DNA of 64,000 nt. Origin: an uncultured bacterium. Its GTDB lineage: Bacteria; Cyanobacteriota; Cyanobacteriia; Cyanobacteriales; JASJDA01. Location of the stretch: contig CAYWIH010000005.1 in the NCBI GenBank assembly GCA_964458305.1, positions 1,591-65,590 of the forward strand, written 5' to 3'. The notes under the pieces were generated by a model. The model ran no database searches and was not told the DNA's origin. It saw only the letters and a program-made list of their open reading frames with translations. The position numbers and the translations under genes are program-made. This document shows, piece by piece, positions 1-11,133 of this stretch (positions are counted from its first letter, which is position 1; every line of letters begins with the position of its first letter).

Positions 1-153
1 TGGGTAGCTGGGAATATAAATACTCCCGTCTCTGTTTTAGAAAAATTAGCTAATGACGAACATTATTATGTCAGAAAATCAGTAGCTAAAAATTTAAATA
101 CTACTTTATCGATATTACAAATATTAGCGATCGAAATGATAATATTCGCTTAA
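1..153 (+). CDS. 3' end of a HEAT/LRV-type repeat protein (5' part lies outside the window)
   Basis: Frame 1 is open from nt 1 to TAA at 151-153. The translation WVAGNINTPVSVLEKLANDEHYYVRKSVAKNLNTT shows the NxNTP..VLEKLA.D....VR..VA.N repeat of HEAT/leucine-rich-repeat-variant proteins. Confidence 0.4.
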   Translation, partial: WVAGNINTPVSVLEKLANDEHYYVRKSVAKNLNTTLSILQILAIEMIIFA

Positions 154-429
154 CAGTAAATAAAAAAATCCAGCCTCTTTTATCTGCTTTAAAAAAATCG
201 ATCGCTCCTTAAAAAAAATAACCCTTAATAACATAAAAAAAAATTATATCTCTAAATGAGATAATTATTTACTCTTGAACGATCGGATAAAATAGAACAT
301 ACTAAAAATAGCAAATCTAAGCTTTTACTTGCTTTCTAGTTATCCGGTTTATAGTTGTTTTTTCTTAATTGGTTTTACGGATATTGCTAGCGACATAACC
401 AAAAATGTTATCTACTTAACCTTTAGATT

Positions 430-963
430 ATGATGGAAACAAATAGAGAAAAATCCGCCTTAGATATTAGCAGTCAAATTGTTCTGTTACAAGACAAATC
501 CCAGCAAAACGGCGATCGCTTTCTCAAATTTTCTTTGAATCAACAAGTTAATACTTTGCTTCCTCTAGGAAAATTACAAGCAGTAATTAATGTAAAAATA
601 GAGGATATTTTGCCAGTTCCGCAAGTCAAAGAATTTTGGTTAGGTATCATTAACTGGCGCGGACAAGCAATATGGATTCTAGATTTAGCCAGTTTAATTG
701 GGGCAAATCATTGGTGTCGAGGAACGCAAATTAAAGATGCAGGAATGGCAATTTTAGTTAAAATTGAAGACCAAATAATTGGATTTTTAGTAGAGAAAGT
801 AAGCACGATCGCAACTTTAGATCCTAGCAAACAATTATCTTTGTCAGAATCAATGCTTCCTGAAAATTGGGCAGCTTTTTTCTCTGGTTATTTTCTCGAT
901 CCTGACAACAATCCTTTGATGTTAATTGACCTCGAAGTAGTGTATAACGAAGCTTTTGAATAA
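430..963 (+). CDS. CheW-like coupling protein (PixI/TaxW class)
   Basis: 177-aa ORF with ATG start. It has a CheW-type core (LPLGKLQAVINV..ILPVPQV..LGIINWRGQAIWILDLASLIG) and lies directly upstream of the MCP and CheA genes. Confidence 0.85.
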   Translation: MMETNREKSALDISSQIVLLQDKSQQNGDRFLKFSLNQQVNTLLPLGKLQAVINVKIEDILPVPQVKEFWLGIINWRGQAIWILDLASLIGANHWCRGTQIKDAGMAILVKIEDQIIGFLVEKVSTIATLDPSKQLSLSESMLPENWAAFFSGYFLDPDNNPLMLIDLEVVYNEAFE

Positions 964-1275
964 ATATTAATTTTGCAAATGTAAAAAAAGATAAATTTTT
1001 TCTTCAAAATGATATTTCCAGAGCAATTTTGGGAATTTTCTATATGTAGAGCAATTGCGTACTGACAGAAAAAACAGAAAATATCGGTATAGATTTTAAA
1101 ATTATAATCTATACAAATTTCTGATTTTATTTGAATAATTACCAACAGACATCGGCTCAGAAAAATTTGTTTTAAAAGAAAATCGTAAGTAGTTCGGTAC
1201 GTAATCTCTAAATTTATCGCAGCAACGATCTAGAACAAATCATTTTAAATCGGTCAAAAAAACAGGTCAATATCT

Positions 1276-4200
1276 ATGACAAACTCCACGTTAGAACAGC
1301 CTAATCAACCATCAAAAAAAACATCATATCAAGAATTAATTGAAACTTTAGCAGAGCTACAAAAGGAATTAGAACAAACTGATTGTACGGAAAAAGACTT
1401 CATACAAATAAGGATAGAAGAGGTTACAGAATTAGTCGAACGTCTCTCTTCGGAAAATAAAGATCGTATTTTAAATGAAGCAGAAAGAGATGAAAGTTTT
1501 TTCGGAAAAATAGCTAATCGCATTTTAGATGCAGAAGATTTAGATGGTGTTTTTCGCACTGCAACTAAAGAATTAAAAGAAGTATTAAACTGCGATCGAG
1601 CGGCAATTTATCGTTTTAATCCCGACTGGAGCGGTCGATTTGTTGCTGAATATTTTGAAGGTAATTTAGTTTCTTTATTAGAAGAACAGCGTTACAATCC
1701 CGATATTGTTGATAACGTTAACGCCTGCAGTATCAAAGATTTAGCCCACAAAGGTGGACTACTGCAACCAAATTATGGCAACGGAAATGGCAACGGAAAC
1801 GGTTCGATCGATACTTATTTAAAGGCTACTCGAGGCGGATCTTTTTTAAGAGGAGAAACTTACCGAGTTTGTCAAGATATTTACAATAGCAACTTTACTC
1901 CTTGCTACATCAGGGTCTTAAAATCCTATCAAGCAGAAGCTTACGTTATCGCTGCAGTTTATCAAGGTAATAATTTATGGGGCCTGCTAGCAGCATATCA
2001 AAGCAAACCTCGTCAGTGGAAAGATGGCGAAATAGATGTCGTAGTGCAATTAGCAAAAATGTTAAATATTGCCCTACAACAACAAGATTTTCAAAATAAA
2101 GTAGAAATTCAAGCTAAAAAATTAGCCACTCGCAACCAAAGAGAAAAATCTTTAGCTAAGATAGTCGATCGCATTCGCGAAACCGATAACATCAAAACCA
2201 TCCTCAACGTTACCGTCAGCGACATCAGAGAAATGATGCAATGCGATCGAGTAGCGATATATCATTTTAACCCCGATTGGAGCGGTGAATTTATCGCCGA
2301 ATCTGCTAATTCTGAATGGGTATCTTTACTAGAAGAACAGCGTAACGTACCTGAAATCGTTGAAAACGTTAATCGCTGTAGCATTCGCGATCTAGCAGGT
2401 TACGAAGGAGTAGCAGGAGGTTCGAAATCCCTCAAAGAAAGTGCCGATACCTATTTACAGCAAACTAACGGCCGCGATTTTATTCAAGGTGTAAACTATC
2501 GCGTCTGCGAAGATATCTATAATTCTGGCTTTTCCGATTGTTACATCAAAGTTTTAGAAAGATATCAAGCCAAAGCTTATATTATTGCTGCGATCTACTA
2601 CAACAAACAATTATGGGGTTTGCTGGCAGTTTATCAAAATTCGGGCCCTCGCAAATGGGAAGCAGAAGAAATTGAATTAATAAGTCGTTTTGCCAGCCAA
2701 ATTGGGGTAGGAATCCGCCAAACAGGCTATTTGAAAACAATTAAAGCCCAAAACAAGCGACTCAAAAAAAGTGCCCAACAAGAACAGACTTTAGCTAAAG
2801 TAGTCGATCGCATCCTTCAGTCTACAGAATTACAAGAAACTTTAGACAATACAATGCCCGATTTGCGTAACCTTTTAAACGCCGATCGCGTCGCAGTGTA
2901 TAAAATATGTTTCGAAGCTGGCAACAGACACGGTAAATTTATTGCCGAAGATGTAGATAAAAAGTATCCTCGCGCGGTTTCAGTTGAAAGAGTAGAAGAC
3001 CATTATAGCCTCGGAAACGAAGCAGAAATCTACGAGCAAGATAACTATTGGGTAGTCGAAGATATCTACCAAACCAAGTTCAAAGAATCTAAAATCAAAA
3101 TCGTCACTCAGTTTGAAACCAAAGCATACATTAACGTAGCTTTGCTCTGTCAGGGTAAATTGTGGGGTTTATTATGCGTCCATCAGTGCGGGGATACGCG
3201 TAAATGGCAACAAGAAGAAATTAATTTAGCCCTTCAAGTCTCTACTCAGCTGAGTGTCGCGATCGAGCGATCGGAATACGTCAAACAATTAGAAGCCAAA
3301 CAAGCAGAAATCATCAAAACAGCCGACTCGGAAAAAGCCATTTCTCTGCTAGTCGAACGCCTCACCGAAAGAATCAATCAATCCCAAGATTTAAGCCAAA
3401 TTTGGCGCAGTTCCCTTTTAGCCGTCAGAAAAATCATCGAATGCGATCGAGTCACAATTTACCGTTTTAATCCCGACTGGAGTGGGGAATATATTGCCGA
3501 ATCTGTCAGTAGCGATTGGGTGCCATTAGTCGGAGACAATATCAAAACAATTTGGGAAGATACTCACCTCCAAGAAACTCAAGGAGGACGCTATCGCAAT
3601 AACGAGACTTATGCAATAGAAGATATCTACAAAGCCGGCCACTATCAATGTCATATCGACCTTCTCGAACAATTCCAAGTCAGAGCCTATATAATCGCTC
3701 CAATTTTTGCCGGAGATAAGTTATGGGGTTTATTAGCTGCTTATCAAAATACCGGCCCTCGTCAGTGGAACGATCGAGAACAAAGACTGATAACTAAATT
3801 AGGAGTACAATTCGGTTTAGCAGTCAAACAAGCCGAGTATTTACAACAGTTACAACAACAAAACTCTAGACTAGTTCGCACCGCACAAATCGAAAAGAAA
3901 CAAGCCGAATTAGCCGAAAGAATTCGCCAAGATCGCAACCTCGATAGTATCTTTAATCTCGTTACCGGAGAAATTAGGCAATTATTAAACTGCGATCGAG
4001 TTGTAGTTTATCGCTTTAACGATGACTGGAGCGGTGAATTCATTGCCGAAGCGATCGGATCTTCTCAGTGGGTATCTTTGTTAGAACAGCAAAACATCAG
4101 ACCCGAAATTAAAGCCAATGTCAACGATTGCAGCGTCAAAGACTTAGCCGCAAATCAAAATAGCCGCAATTCTTTCAGCGCAGATACTGAAATTCAAGCA

Positions 4201-6720
4201 ACTAAAGGCGGCAATTTAACCCAAGATAAAGTTTATCGCGTTTGCGAAGATATCTATAATTCTGGCTTCTCCGATTGTTACATCAAAGTTTTAGAAACCT
4301 ATCAAACCAAAGCTTACGTAATTTCTGCGATTTACCAAAACGGCGAATTGTGGGGCTTATTTGCTGCCTATCAAAACGATCGACCTCGCCAATGGCAAGA
4401 AGAAGAAATCGATTTGATGACTGGGGTAGCAGAAAAACTCAGTATCTCACTCGAACAAGCCGAATATATCAAACAACTTCAAGCTAAAAATAAAGAAATC
4501 GCTCAAGTTGTCGAAACAGAAAAAGCTTTAGGACTCTTAGGGGAAAGAATTCGCCAAACTAAGGATCTAGATGCTGTTTTTAAATATACTCTTCCCGAAA
4601 TTAGGGATCTGCTCAAATGCGATCGCATTGTAGTTTATCGTTTTAATCCCGATTGGAGCGGCAAAATCATCGCCGAATCTGTAACTGAAGGTTGGATCTC
4701 TTTAATGGATTTACAAGAAAGCGATTCTAAAATTAGAAACGATTTAGTTCCCTCCGACGATTGTACCGTTAAAGAATACGGCAGTTTACAAGGGGATGGG
4801 TTTGGAGATACCTACCTTCAAGAAAACAAAGGCGGTATTTATTCTGCTGGCCGTCGCTATCGTAAAGTAAACGATGTCAGTGCTGAGAATTTCTCTGCTT
4901 GCTATTTAGATACTCTTCGCAAATTCCAAGCAAAAGCTTACATTAACGCACCAATTTACCAAGGAGGTAAACTTTGGGCACTTTTGGCAGTTTATCAAAA
5001 TTCCGGCCCTAGGGTTTGGCAAGATCGCGAAGTCGATTTATTAGTTAAAATTAGCGTCCAATACAGTATTGCAGTTCAGCAAGCTCAGTATTTCCAAGAA
5101 GTCCAAGATAAAAACGAAAAACTGACCCGATTGTTAACAACAGAAAAAGCCAACGCGCGCTTTTTATCTCGTCTTCCCAGTCGTTTAATCGATCTCGCAC
5201 AATCAACCGGAAAAATTGCAGAAATCTTAGATTATGCAGTTCGTGACCTGCGTCAGTTATTGAAAGTCGATCGAGTTGGAATTTATCGCTTCGATCCAGA
5301 TTGGTCGGGAGAATTTATCGTCGAGTCCGTAGGTAGTCAATGGCCTAAGTTAGTCGGAACTTCTCAAGCAAGAGTTCAAGATACTTATCTCCAAGAAAAT
5401 CAAGGCGGTCGTTACGCTCGTCGCGAAGGGCTTAAAGTCGATAATATCTATACCGTCGGACACGATGAATGTCACATTAACCTGCTCGCAGAATGGGGAA
5501 CTAAAGCTTATACGATCGCTCCGATTTTCGTTGGCGATCTGCTTTGGGGACTGCTCGGAGTTTATCAAAACGACCAACCCCGTCAATGGGAACAATCCGA
5601 GTTAGACGTAAGCATCCAAACCGGAATCCAAATTGGTACGGCGATCAAATTAGCTGAAACCCTAGAAAAAGTTAAGAAACAAGAACAACAATTAAGCGAA
5701 ATCGCCGATCGAGAAAAAACCGCCAGACAACAATTACAAAAAAATGCTCTCAAAGTTCTCAAAGCGGTACAACCTTCTTTCTCTGGAGATTTGACCGTTC
5801 GCGCGCCCCTTTCCGAAGACGAAATCGGTACGATCGCCGATGGTTACAACACTACCATTCAAAGATTGCGGCAATTAGTCGGACAAGTTAAGCAAGTTGC
5901 TTCTCGTATTGGCGAAACTTCCACCGATAGCGATCGCTTGGTAAGTCGACTGTCTAACAAAGCAGACCAACAGGTTCAAGAGCTTAGAAATGCTTTAGTT
6001 CAACTCAATTCCGTGGTTGCTTCTTCTCAAACAGTAGCTAACGACGCGCAAAAAGTAGAACAAGCTTTACAAGATGCCAACCGCATCGTCAACAGTGGCG
6101 ACTCTTTAATGGAGAAAACTGTCGATGGTATCGAAGAAATACGCGAAACAGTCTCCGAAACCTCCAAGAAAATCAAGCGTTTGGGCGAAGCTTCCCAGAA
6201 AATTACTAAAGTGGTCAATTTGATCGAAAACTTTGCCACTCAAACTAATTTACTAGCCTTAAATGCTGCTATTGAAGCTACCCGCGCTGGCGAATACGGT
6301 AAAGGTTTCGCTGTAGTTGCCGATGAAGTACGCGCCCTCGCCTATCAGTCTGCTAATGCAACCACCGAAATTAGCCGCATCGTCGCAGAAATTCAAGCTG
6401 AAACTAGCGAAGTGACCGAAACCATGGAACTGGGAATTACTCAAGTAGTTCAAGGTACTCAATTGGTTAACGACACTCGAGACAGTCTCAACGAAATCGT
6501 TCGAGCCACCAATCGCATCAGTCAATTGGTAGAAAAAATTACCCAAGCGGCTTCGGTACAAAGCCAACAATGTCAAGGCTTAACTACGGCAATGAATGAC
6601 GTATCTTCGATCGCTACTTCTACTTCAGATAGTGCTAGCTCGATCGCCGAGTCTTTCCAAAAACTACGGCACAATTCTCAAGAGTTACAAACTAGCGTCA
6701 GTAAATTCAAAGTCGAATAA
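1276..6720 (+). CDS. Soluble methyl-accepting chemotaxis protein with seven tandem GAF domains (PixJ/PtxD-like putative cyanobacteriochrome photoreceptor)
   Basis: 1814 aa. There are seven repeats of the GAF pattern DR(V/A)[17 protein letters not shown]...[14 protein letters not shown]. These are followed by a HAMP-like linker and the MCP signalling domain ([32 protein letters not shown]). No hydrophobic TM stretch was seen. Confidence 0.9.
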   Translation: MTNSTLEQPNQPSKKTSYQELIETLAELQKELEQTDCTEKDFIQIRIEEVTELVERLSSENKDRILNEAERDESFFGKIANRILDAEDLDGVFRTATKELKEVLNCDRAAIYRFNPDWSGRFVAEYFEGNLVSLLEEQRYNPDIVDNVNACSIKDLAHKGGLLQPNYGNGNGNGNGSIDTYLKATRGGSFLRGETYRVCQDIYNSNFTPCYIRVLKSYQAEAYVIAAVYQGNNLWGLLAAYQSKPRQWKDGEIDVVVQLAKMLNIALQQQDFQNKVEIQAKKLATRNQREKSLAKIVDRIRETDNIKTILNVTVSDIREMMQCDRVAIYHFNPDWSGEFIAESANSEWVSLLEEQRNVPEIVENVNRCSIRDLAGYEGVAGGSKSLKESADTYLQQTNGRDFIQGVNYRVCEDIYNSGFSDCYIKVLERYQAKAYIIAAIYYNKQLWGLLAVYQNSGPRKWEAEEIELISRFASQIGVGIRQTGYLKTIKAQNKRLKKSAQQEQTLAKVVDRILQSTELQETLDNTMPDLRNLLNADRVAVYKICFEAGNRHGKFIAEDVDKKYPRAVSVERVEDHYSLGNEAEIYEQDNYWVVEDIYQTKFKESKIKIVTQFETKAYINVALLCQGKLWGLLCVHQCGDTRKWQQEEINLALQVSTQLSVAIERSEYVKQLEAKQAEIIKTADSEKAISLLVERLTERINQSQDLSQIWRSSLLAVRKIIECDRVTIYRFNPDWSGEYIAESVSSDWVPLVGDNIKTIWEDTHLQETQGGRYRNNETYAIEDIYKAGHYQCHIDLLEQFQVRAYIIAPIFAGDKLWGLLAAYQNTGPRQWNDREQRLITKLGVQFGLAVKQAEYLQQLQQQNSRLVRTAQIEKKQAELAERIRQDRNLDSIFNLVTGEIRQLLNCDRVVVYRFNDDWSGEFIAEAIGSSQWVSLLEQQNIRPEIKANVNDCSVKDLAANQNSRNSFSADTEIQATKGGNLTQDKVYRVCEDIYNSGFSDCYIKVLETYQTKAYVISAIYQNGELWGLFAAYQNDRPRQWQEEEIDLMTGVAEKLSISLEQAEYIKQLQAKNKEIAQVVETEKALGLLGERIRQTKDLDAVFKYTLPEIRDLLKCDRIVVYRFNPDWSGKIIAESVTEGWISLMDLQESDSKIRNDLVPSDDCTVKEYGSLQGDGFGDTYLQENKGGIYSAGRRYRKVNDVSAENFSACYLDTLRKFQAKAYINAPIYQGGKLWALLAVYQNSGPRVWQDREVDLLVKISVQYSIAVQQAQYFQEVQDKNEKLTRLLTTEKANARFLSRLPSRLIDLAQSTGKIAEILDYAVRDLRQLLKVDRVGIYRFDPDWSGEFIVESVGSQWPKLVGTSQARVQDTYLQENQGGRYARREGLKVDNIYTVGHDECHINLLAEWGTKAYTIAPIFVGDLLWGLLGVYQNDQPRQWEQSELDVSIQTGIQIGTAIKLAETLEKVKKQEQQLSEIADREKTARQQLQKNALKVLKAVQPSFSGDLTVRAPLSEDEIGTIADGYNTTIQRLRQLVGQVKQVASRIGETSTDSDRLVSRLSNKADQQVQELRNALVQLNSVVASSQTVANDAQKVEQALQDANRIVNSGDSLMEKTVDGIEEIRETVSETSKKIKRLGEASQKITKVVNLIENFATQTNLLALNAAIEATRAGEYGKGFAVVADEVRALAYQSANATTEISRIVAEIQAETSEVTETMELGITQVVQGTQLVNDTRDSLNEIVRATNRISQLVEKITQAASVQSQQCQGLTTAMNDVSSIATSTSDSASSIAESFQKLRHNSQELQTSVSKFKVE

Positions 6721-6727
6721 TTCTAAC

Positions 6728-6752
6728 ATCGGCAGGATCGGCAGGATCGCAG
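6728..6752. repeat. 9-bp tandem repeat ATCGGCAGG x2 plus a partial copy, just after the MCP stop
   Basis: Read directly: atcggcagg atcggcagg atcgcag. Confidence 0.8.
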
Positions 6753-6809
6753 AAGACAATATTCTTATTTGTCCTACTCATTTAATTCAAAAACTCCCAA
6801 ATTCTGCCG

Positions 6810-6891
6810 CTTCCGATTTCTTTACCAACATACCATCATGGTACGTCCCTACTTCCGATTTCTTTACCGACGTACCATGGTACGTCTCTAC
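6810..6891. repeat. Tandem duplication (42 + 40 bp) of an element with a palindromic core, in the MCP-cheA spacer
   Basis: Unit A (6810-6851) is cttccgatttctttaccaacataccatcatggtacgtcccta. Unit B (6852-6891) is cttccgatttctttaccgacgtaccatggtacgtctctac. Unit B contains a perfect 18-bp palindrome gacgtaccatggtacgtc (6869-6886). Confidence 0.85.
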
Positions 6892-6912
6892 TAACCCCTA
6901 CATCCCAAAATC

Positions 6913-9900
6913 ATGGAACAATTAGATCCTTACTTTGCCGAAGAAGCAAGCGAAATATTACAAAAAATCGAACAGACGCTTTTGAGCCTTTTTGATGAGG
7001 GAAAAACAACTGAAAAAGTTCATACCCTCTTAAGAGGTGCTCATACTATCAAAGGCAGTGCTGCCAGTTTAAAATTAGATACGATTAAAATCATCGCCCA
7101 TCACTTAGAAGATGTCTTTCAAGCTCTTTACGCTCCAGAATTAGAAATAGATTCGGAATTGAGTGGTTTATTATTAGAAGGTTACGAATGCTTGCGATCG
7201 CCTTTGAGCGCGATGCTATCTAATACTACTTACGATGAAGAGGTAATTTTAGATCGCGTTGCTTCTGTTTTTGCTAAATTACAAAATAAATTAGGGGATT
7301 TTTTCGGTCGCGAAGCTACTATCCCTTCTTCAGAAGAACTCGGTTTTGACGTAGTTGGTTCGATATTTCAAGATAGCGTTCCCGAAGATTTAGAACAACT
7401 ACAAAATGTCATTCTCAACTCAGATCCCGAAGAAATCGAACAAGTTCTTCTTTCTCAAGCTAATTTTTTCCTCAGTATTGCTAAATCTTATACTCTACCA
7501 GGTTTAGAAGAAATTGCTCAAAGCATATTAGCCGCTTTAGAATCTTCTCCCGAAAGAGTTTTAGAAATTGGTTTAGCAGCATTAGAAAACTTACAACAAG
7601 CACAAAACGATATTTTAGCTGGCGATCGCATTAAGGGAGGCGAAGTATCTCTGGAATTACAAAGTTTTGTCGAAGAAGAAGAAGAACAACTAGAAGAAAC
7701 TATCTTTTTTGTATCTAAAAATACAGCAGTAACTCCTGAAGTTATAGTTGAAAAAGAACCAGAAAAAGAGCCAGAAACTATTAACAAATCCCCAACTCAA
7801 TCTGAAGAAAATTCAGATTATTCGTTAGTTAAAATTCCAGAAATAAAAACTCTTACCAACACTCACGCACTTGTTCCAATAGAAAATAGATCCCCTCTCG
7901 ATCGAATTTTTAACTCGATTTGGACTCCCGATCTCGAAGATAGTAAACCGCTTCAATCGATCGATCTCTCCGCTCCACCAAAACCAGAAAAAAAATCTCC
8001 AACTGCAACAATTAGAGTTGCAATAGAATTGCTCGATAATCTCAGTCATAGTATCGGCGAATTAATAATCGAAGAAAGTCAAAACTTTTTACAATCAGAA
8101 CTGCTCGATCGGCAAACTCAACATACCCTAGTTCAATTCTTTGATTGCCAAAAACAAATCGATCGAATTCGCGAATGGTCGGATAAAAATTTACGCTATT
8201 CTCGGCTAAAAAAAAGAAAGAAAAGAGAAAAACTTAAACAACAATATTCTCAGTCCAACTTATCATTAACCAAGCTAGATTCTCAATTCGATAGTTTGGA
8301 AATGGATACTTATAGCGACCTCCATTTACTATTACAAAATCTCAGTGAAAAAGTAGCAAGTTTAGGAAGAGAAATAGAAAGTATTCAAGCAAATATTCAG
8401 CAATCTCACCTCCAAAGTCGCAAACGCAAACAAATCCTTTTCTCAGCTCGAGAAAATTTATTTGAAGCGAGAATGGTAGAACTAGCTACTGTTTTAAATC
8501 GGTTTCCTCGTATTGTCGAACAGATGGTAGCCAATCATAAAAAACCAGCCGCATTAAAAATTATTGGTGCGGAAGTTTTAATAGATAAATCAATTTCAGA
8601 ACGACTTTACGAGCCTTTATTACATTTAATTCGTAATGCTTACGATCATGGCTTAGAATCCGTCGAAACAAGGATTGAAAATGGCAAACCAGAAACTGGG
8701 AAGATAACCATTCACGCTTCCCATCAAGGCAATCGTACTACTGTCAAAATTAGCGACGATGGTGGGGGTTTAAACTGGGAGAAAATCCGCAATAAAGCCT
8801 TAACAAGAAATTTAATTACTCCCGATTTAATAGATAAAATAACCGAAGCAGAATTGAGCGAAGTTTTATTCGAGCCGGGCTTTTCTACAGCAGATCGAGT
8901 TAACGATTTATCCGGTCGCGGTGTAGGATTAGATTTAGTTCGGAATCAATTAGAAGCGATCGACGGTTCGATTGCAGTGCGATCGGAATCTGGTAAAGGA
9001 ACTAGTTTCACTTTACAATTACCTTTAAATCTGACTACCGCTCGTTTGCTTGTTTGTCAGTGTTGGGGCATTACTTATGCTTTATTAAGTAAATCGATCG
9101 AACAAATTTTACTGCCAAATTCTCAACAAATTCAAACACAAAAATCCCCCGAAGGAGATTGGCAAACTTATTTAGTTTGGAATGATAACGAACGTTTGAT
9201 TGAGATTCGACCTTTTGCCGATCTATTTAAATATCCTTATCCCATCAAAAAACAAAATAAAAGTTCTTCTTTAAGTACTTTTCCCCTCAAAGGAAACAAC
9301 AATCTCAATCCTTTACTAATTTTAAAACAAGAAGAGCAGATATTTTGCTTGCAAGTCGATCGAGTATTATTCGAGCAAGAAATAGTCATTAAAACTTTGG
9401 CAGGAAAAATTGATTTACCAAGTTACATTCAAGGTTATAGCGTTTTAGGAGATGGGGGTCTTACTTTGGCGATCGATCCGCTAGAATTAATTGCTAAAAA
9501 TTGGGACGATCGAACTTCTCTTGCTGTTGCTGCTCTTGCTCCGGCTGACAATTTTAAAGCCTTAGAAACTTCTTTAAAAAATACTCAACTTTTAACTGCA
9601 AGTAAAGACTCTCTCGATAACATTCAACTAGAAAAAGCTGTCAAAAAAATTACTATTTTAGCTATCGAAGATTCTATAGTTCAAAGGAGAACTTTAGTAG
9701 ACAATCTCGAAAAAAATGGCTATCAGGTTTTCCAAGCAGGTAACGGGCAAGAAGGATTAAATGTCTTAGAAAAAAATCCAGAAATTAATTTAATTATCTG
9801 CGATATTGAAATGCCTGTTATGAACGGTTTTGATTTCTTAAATCAGTGCCGTCACAATCCTAAATTTTCTCAAATACCCGTAATTATGTTAACAACTCGT

Positions 9901-10011
9901 GGCGGCAACAAACATCGAGAATTGGCTTTTGCTTTGGGTGCAAAAGCTTATCAAACTAAACCTTTTTCCGAACAAAATCTTTTAGCTGCAATCGTTCAAT
10001 TATCTAATTAA
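6913..10011 (+). CDS. CheA-type histidine kinase fused to a C-terminal receiver (PixL/TaxAY class)
   Basis: 1032 aa. It has an N-terminal HPt (LLRGAHTIKGSAASL), HATPase boxes (HLIRNAYDHGLE, DDGGGL, GRGVGLDLV, GKGTSFTL), a CheW-like domain and a C-terminal REC (ILAIEDS..ICDIEMPVMNG..TKP). Confidence 0.9.
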   Translation: MEQLDPYFAEEASEILQKIEQTLLSLFDEGKTTEKVHTLLRGAHTIKGSAASLKLDTIKIIAHHLEDVFQALYAPELEIDSELSGLLLEGYECLRSPLSAMLSNTTYDEEVILDRVASVFAKLQNKLGDFFGREATIPSSEELGFDVVGSIFQDSVPEDLEQLQNVILNSDPEEIEQVLLSQANFFLSIAKSYTLPGLEEIAQSILAALESSPERVLEIGLAALENLQQAQNDILAGDRIKGGEVSLELQSFVEEEEEQLEETIFFVSKNTAVTPEVIVEKEPEKEPETINKSPTQSEENSDYSLVKIPEIKTLTNTHALVPIENRSPLDRIFNSIWTPDLEDSKPLQSIDLSAPPKPEKKSPTATIRVAIELLDNLSHSIGELIIEESQNFLQSELLDRQTQHTLVQFFDCQKQIDRIREWSDKNLRYSRLKKRKKREKLKQQYSQSNLSLTKLDSQFDSLEMDTYSDLHLLLQNLSEKVASLGREIESIQANIQQSHLQSRKRKQILFSARENLFEARMVELATVLNRFPRIVEQMVANHKKPAALKIIGAEVLIDKSISERLYEPLLHLIRNAYDHGLESVETRIENGKPETGKITIHASHQGNRTTVKISDDGGGLNWEKIRNKALTRNLITPDLIDKITEAELSEVLFEPGFSTADRVNDLSGRGVGLDLVRNQLEAIDGSIAVRSESGKGTSFTLQLPLNLTTARLLVCQCWGITYALLSKSIEQILLPNSQQIQTQKSPEGDWQTYLVWNDNERLIEIRPFADLFKYPYPIKKQNKSSSLSTFPLKGNNNLNPLLILKQEEQIFCLQVDRVLFEQEIVIKTLAGKIDLPSYIQGYSVLGDGGLTLAIDPLELIAKNWDDRTSLAVAALAPADNFKALETSLKNTQLLTASKDSLDNIQLEKAVKKITILAIEDSIVQRRTLVDNLEKNGYQVFQAGNGQEGLNVLEKNPEINLIICDIEMPVMNGFDFLNQCRHNPKFSQIPVIMLTTRGGNKHRELAFALGAKAYQTKPFSEQNLLAAIVQLSN

Positions 10012-10013
10012 TT

Positions 10014-11054
10014 ATGGTCAAAATTCAAAACGCTATTGAAACATCTCTAAATTTTAAGCGGTTATCTGGAACTAATAGTTCAAAAAATTCGGTCAGGGTA
10101 ATTGTTTTTGCTGTTTTCGATTATCTTTTTGCTATTTCCGTTGGAGCGGTTAATAAAATAATTCCCTGTCCTCCTTTACATTTAAAATTTGAAGATGGTA
10201 CTACTACGATCGATTTGGAACGAGAAACAATTACGATTGTAGATTTACGTCACAAATTTATTAAAGAAGAATTAGAACCGATCGAAGTATCCACTTCTAA
10301 CAATTCTTTTTTGATTTTAATTCAAACAATTACTGGAGAATCTTGCGGAATTTTTACCGAAAAACCACCCCTAATTATCGAAATACCTTTACAAAACATT
10401 CGCCCCGTACCTTCATCTTATCGGGAAATAGGAAAACTTACTTTTGTCAGTCATATGGCTATTTTACCAGCCGCAGAAGGTAACGAACCCACTAAAATAT
10501 TTTTATTGGGTATGAATCAAATTATCGCCCGAAAATTAGGTATCTCCTTACCGGAAACCTCTCTATTAGTTACTGAAACTAGAGAGATCGAACCTCAACA
10601 GCGTTTTCTACCGGTTATTTTGGGGGATGGAAAAGCTTTATTACCTCTCAACTCCGTATGTGGTAAGATGCCAGTTGCGATCGAAGATATTTATCCCACT
10701 CCTGCTTTACCTCGATGGGTTTTAGGTATTTACAATTGGAACGGACATATGTTACGTTCGATCGATCTCAACAGTCTGATGGGTTACCCTCCCCTATTTG
10801 CCGATCGAGCGAAGACTGTAACACCAATAACTATCGTTGTCGAATTTCAAAATCAATTTTTGGGTTGTTTGGTTGCGGATATATGCGATCTTGAAAATTA
10901 CCAATTAGATCGAATGGAGTCGATCGACGATCGCGATCTTCGAGAGGGAATGAAAAGGTTTGTTAAAGGTGCTTTTGGAGATCGACGCTGGGTGTTAGAT
11001 GTAGAACAATTATTTAAAGCAGTTCGATCGCTTAATAATCATCCTGCTAGTTAA
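10014..11054 (+). CDS. Double CheW-like coupling protein
   Basis: 346 aa, with the ATG 3 nt after the cheA stop. The C-terminal half parallels the CheW at 430-963 (LGIYNWNGHMLRSIDLNSLMG vs LGIINWRGQAIWILDLASLIG). The N-terminal half looks like a second, degenerate CheW module. Confidence 0.7.
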   Translation: MVKIQNAIETSLNFKRLSGTNSSKNSVRVIVFAVFDYLFAISVGAVNKIIPCPPLHLKFEDGTTTIDLERETITIVDLRHKFIKEELEPIEVSTSNNSFLILIQTITGESCGIFTEKPPLIIEIPLQNIRPVPSSYREIGKLTFVSHMAILPAAEGNEPTKIFLLGMNQIIARKLGISLPETSLLVTETREIEPQQRFLPVILGDGKALLPLNSVCGKMPVAIEDIYPTPALPRWVLGIYNWNGHMLRSIDLNSLMGYPPLFADRAKTVTPITIVVEFQNQFLGCLVADICDLENYQLDRMESIDDRDLREGMKRFVKGAFGDRRWVLDVEQLFKAVRSLNNHPAS

Positions 11055-11071
11055 TAATAATAATAATAAAT

Positions 11072-11110
11072 ATACCGGATAGCATTTTTGCAACCCGGTA
11101 TTTTTGTTTT
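11072..11110. terminator. Hairpin plus T-run between convergent cheW2 and the cheY-like gene
   Basis: ataccgg (11072-11078) pairs with ccggtat (11095-11101) across a 16-nt loop. It is followed by tttttgttttt. Confidence 0.6.
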
Positions 11111-11133
11111 TATGCACGTTAATAAATTTGTTT

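Noticed and set aside
6596-6925. 109-aa ORF spanning the MCP 3' end and the MCP-cheA spacer.
   Set aside because: Its distinctive duplicated peptide (SDFFTNIPSWYVPT / SDFFTDVPWYVST) is simply the translation of the 42-bp tandem DNA repeat. It overlaps the MCP coding end and is better explained as a nucleotide-level repeat.
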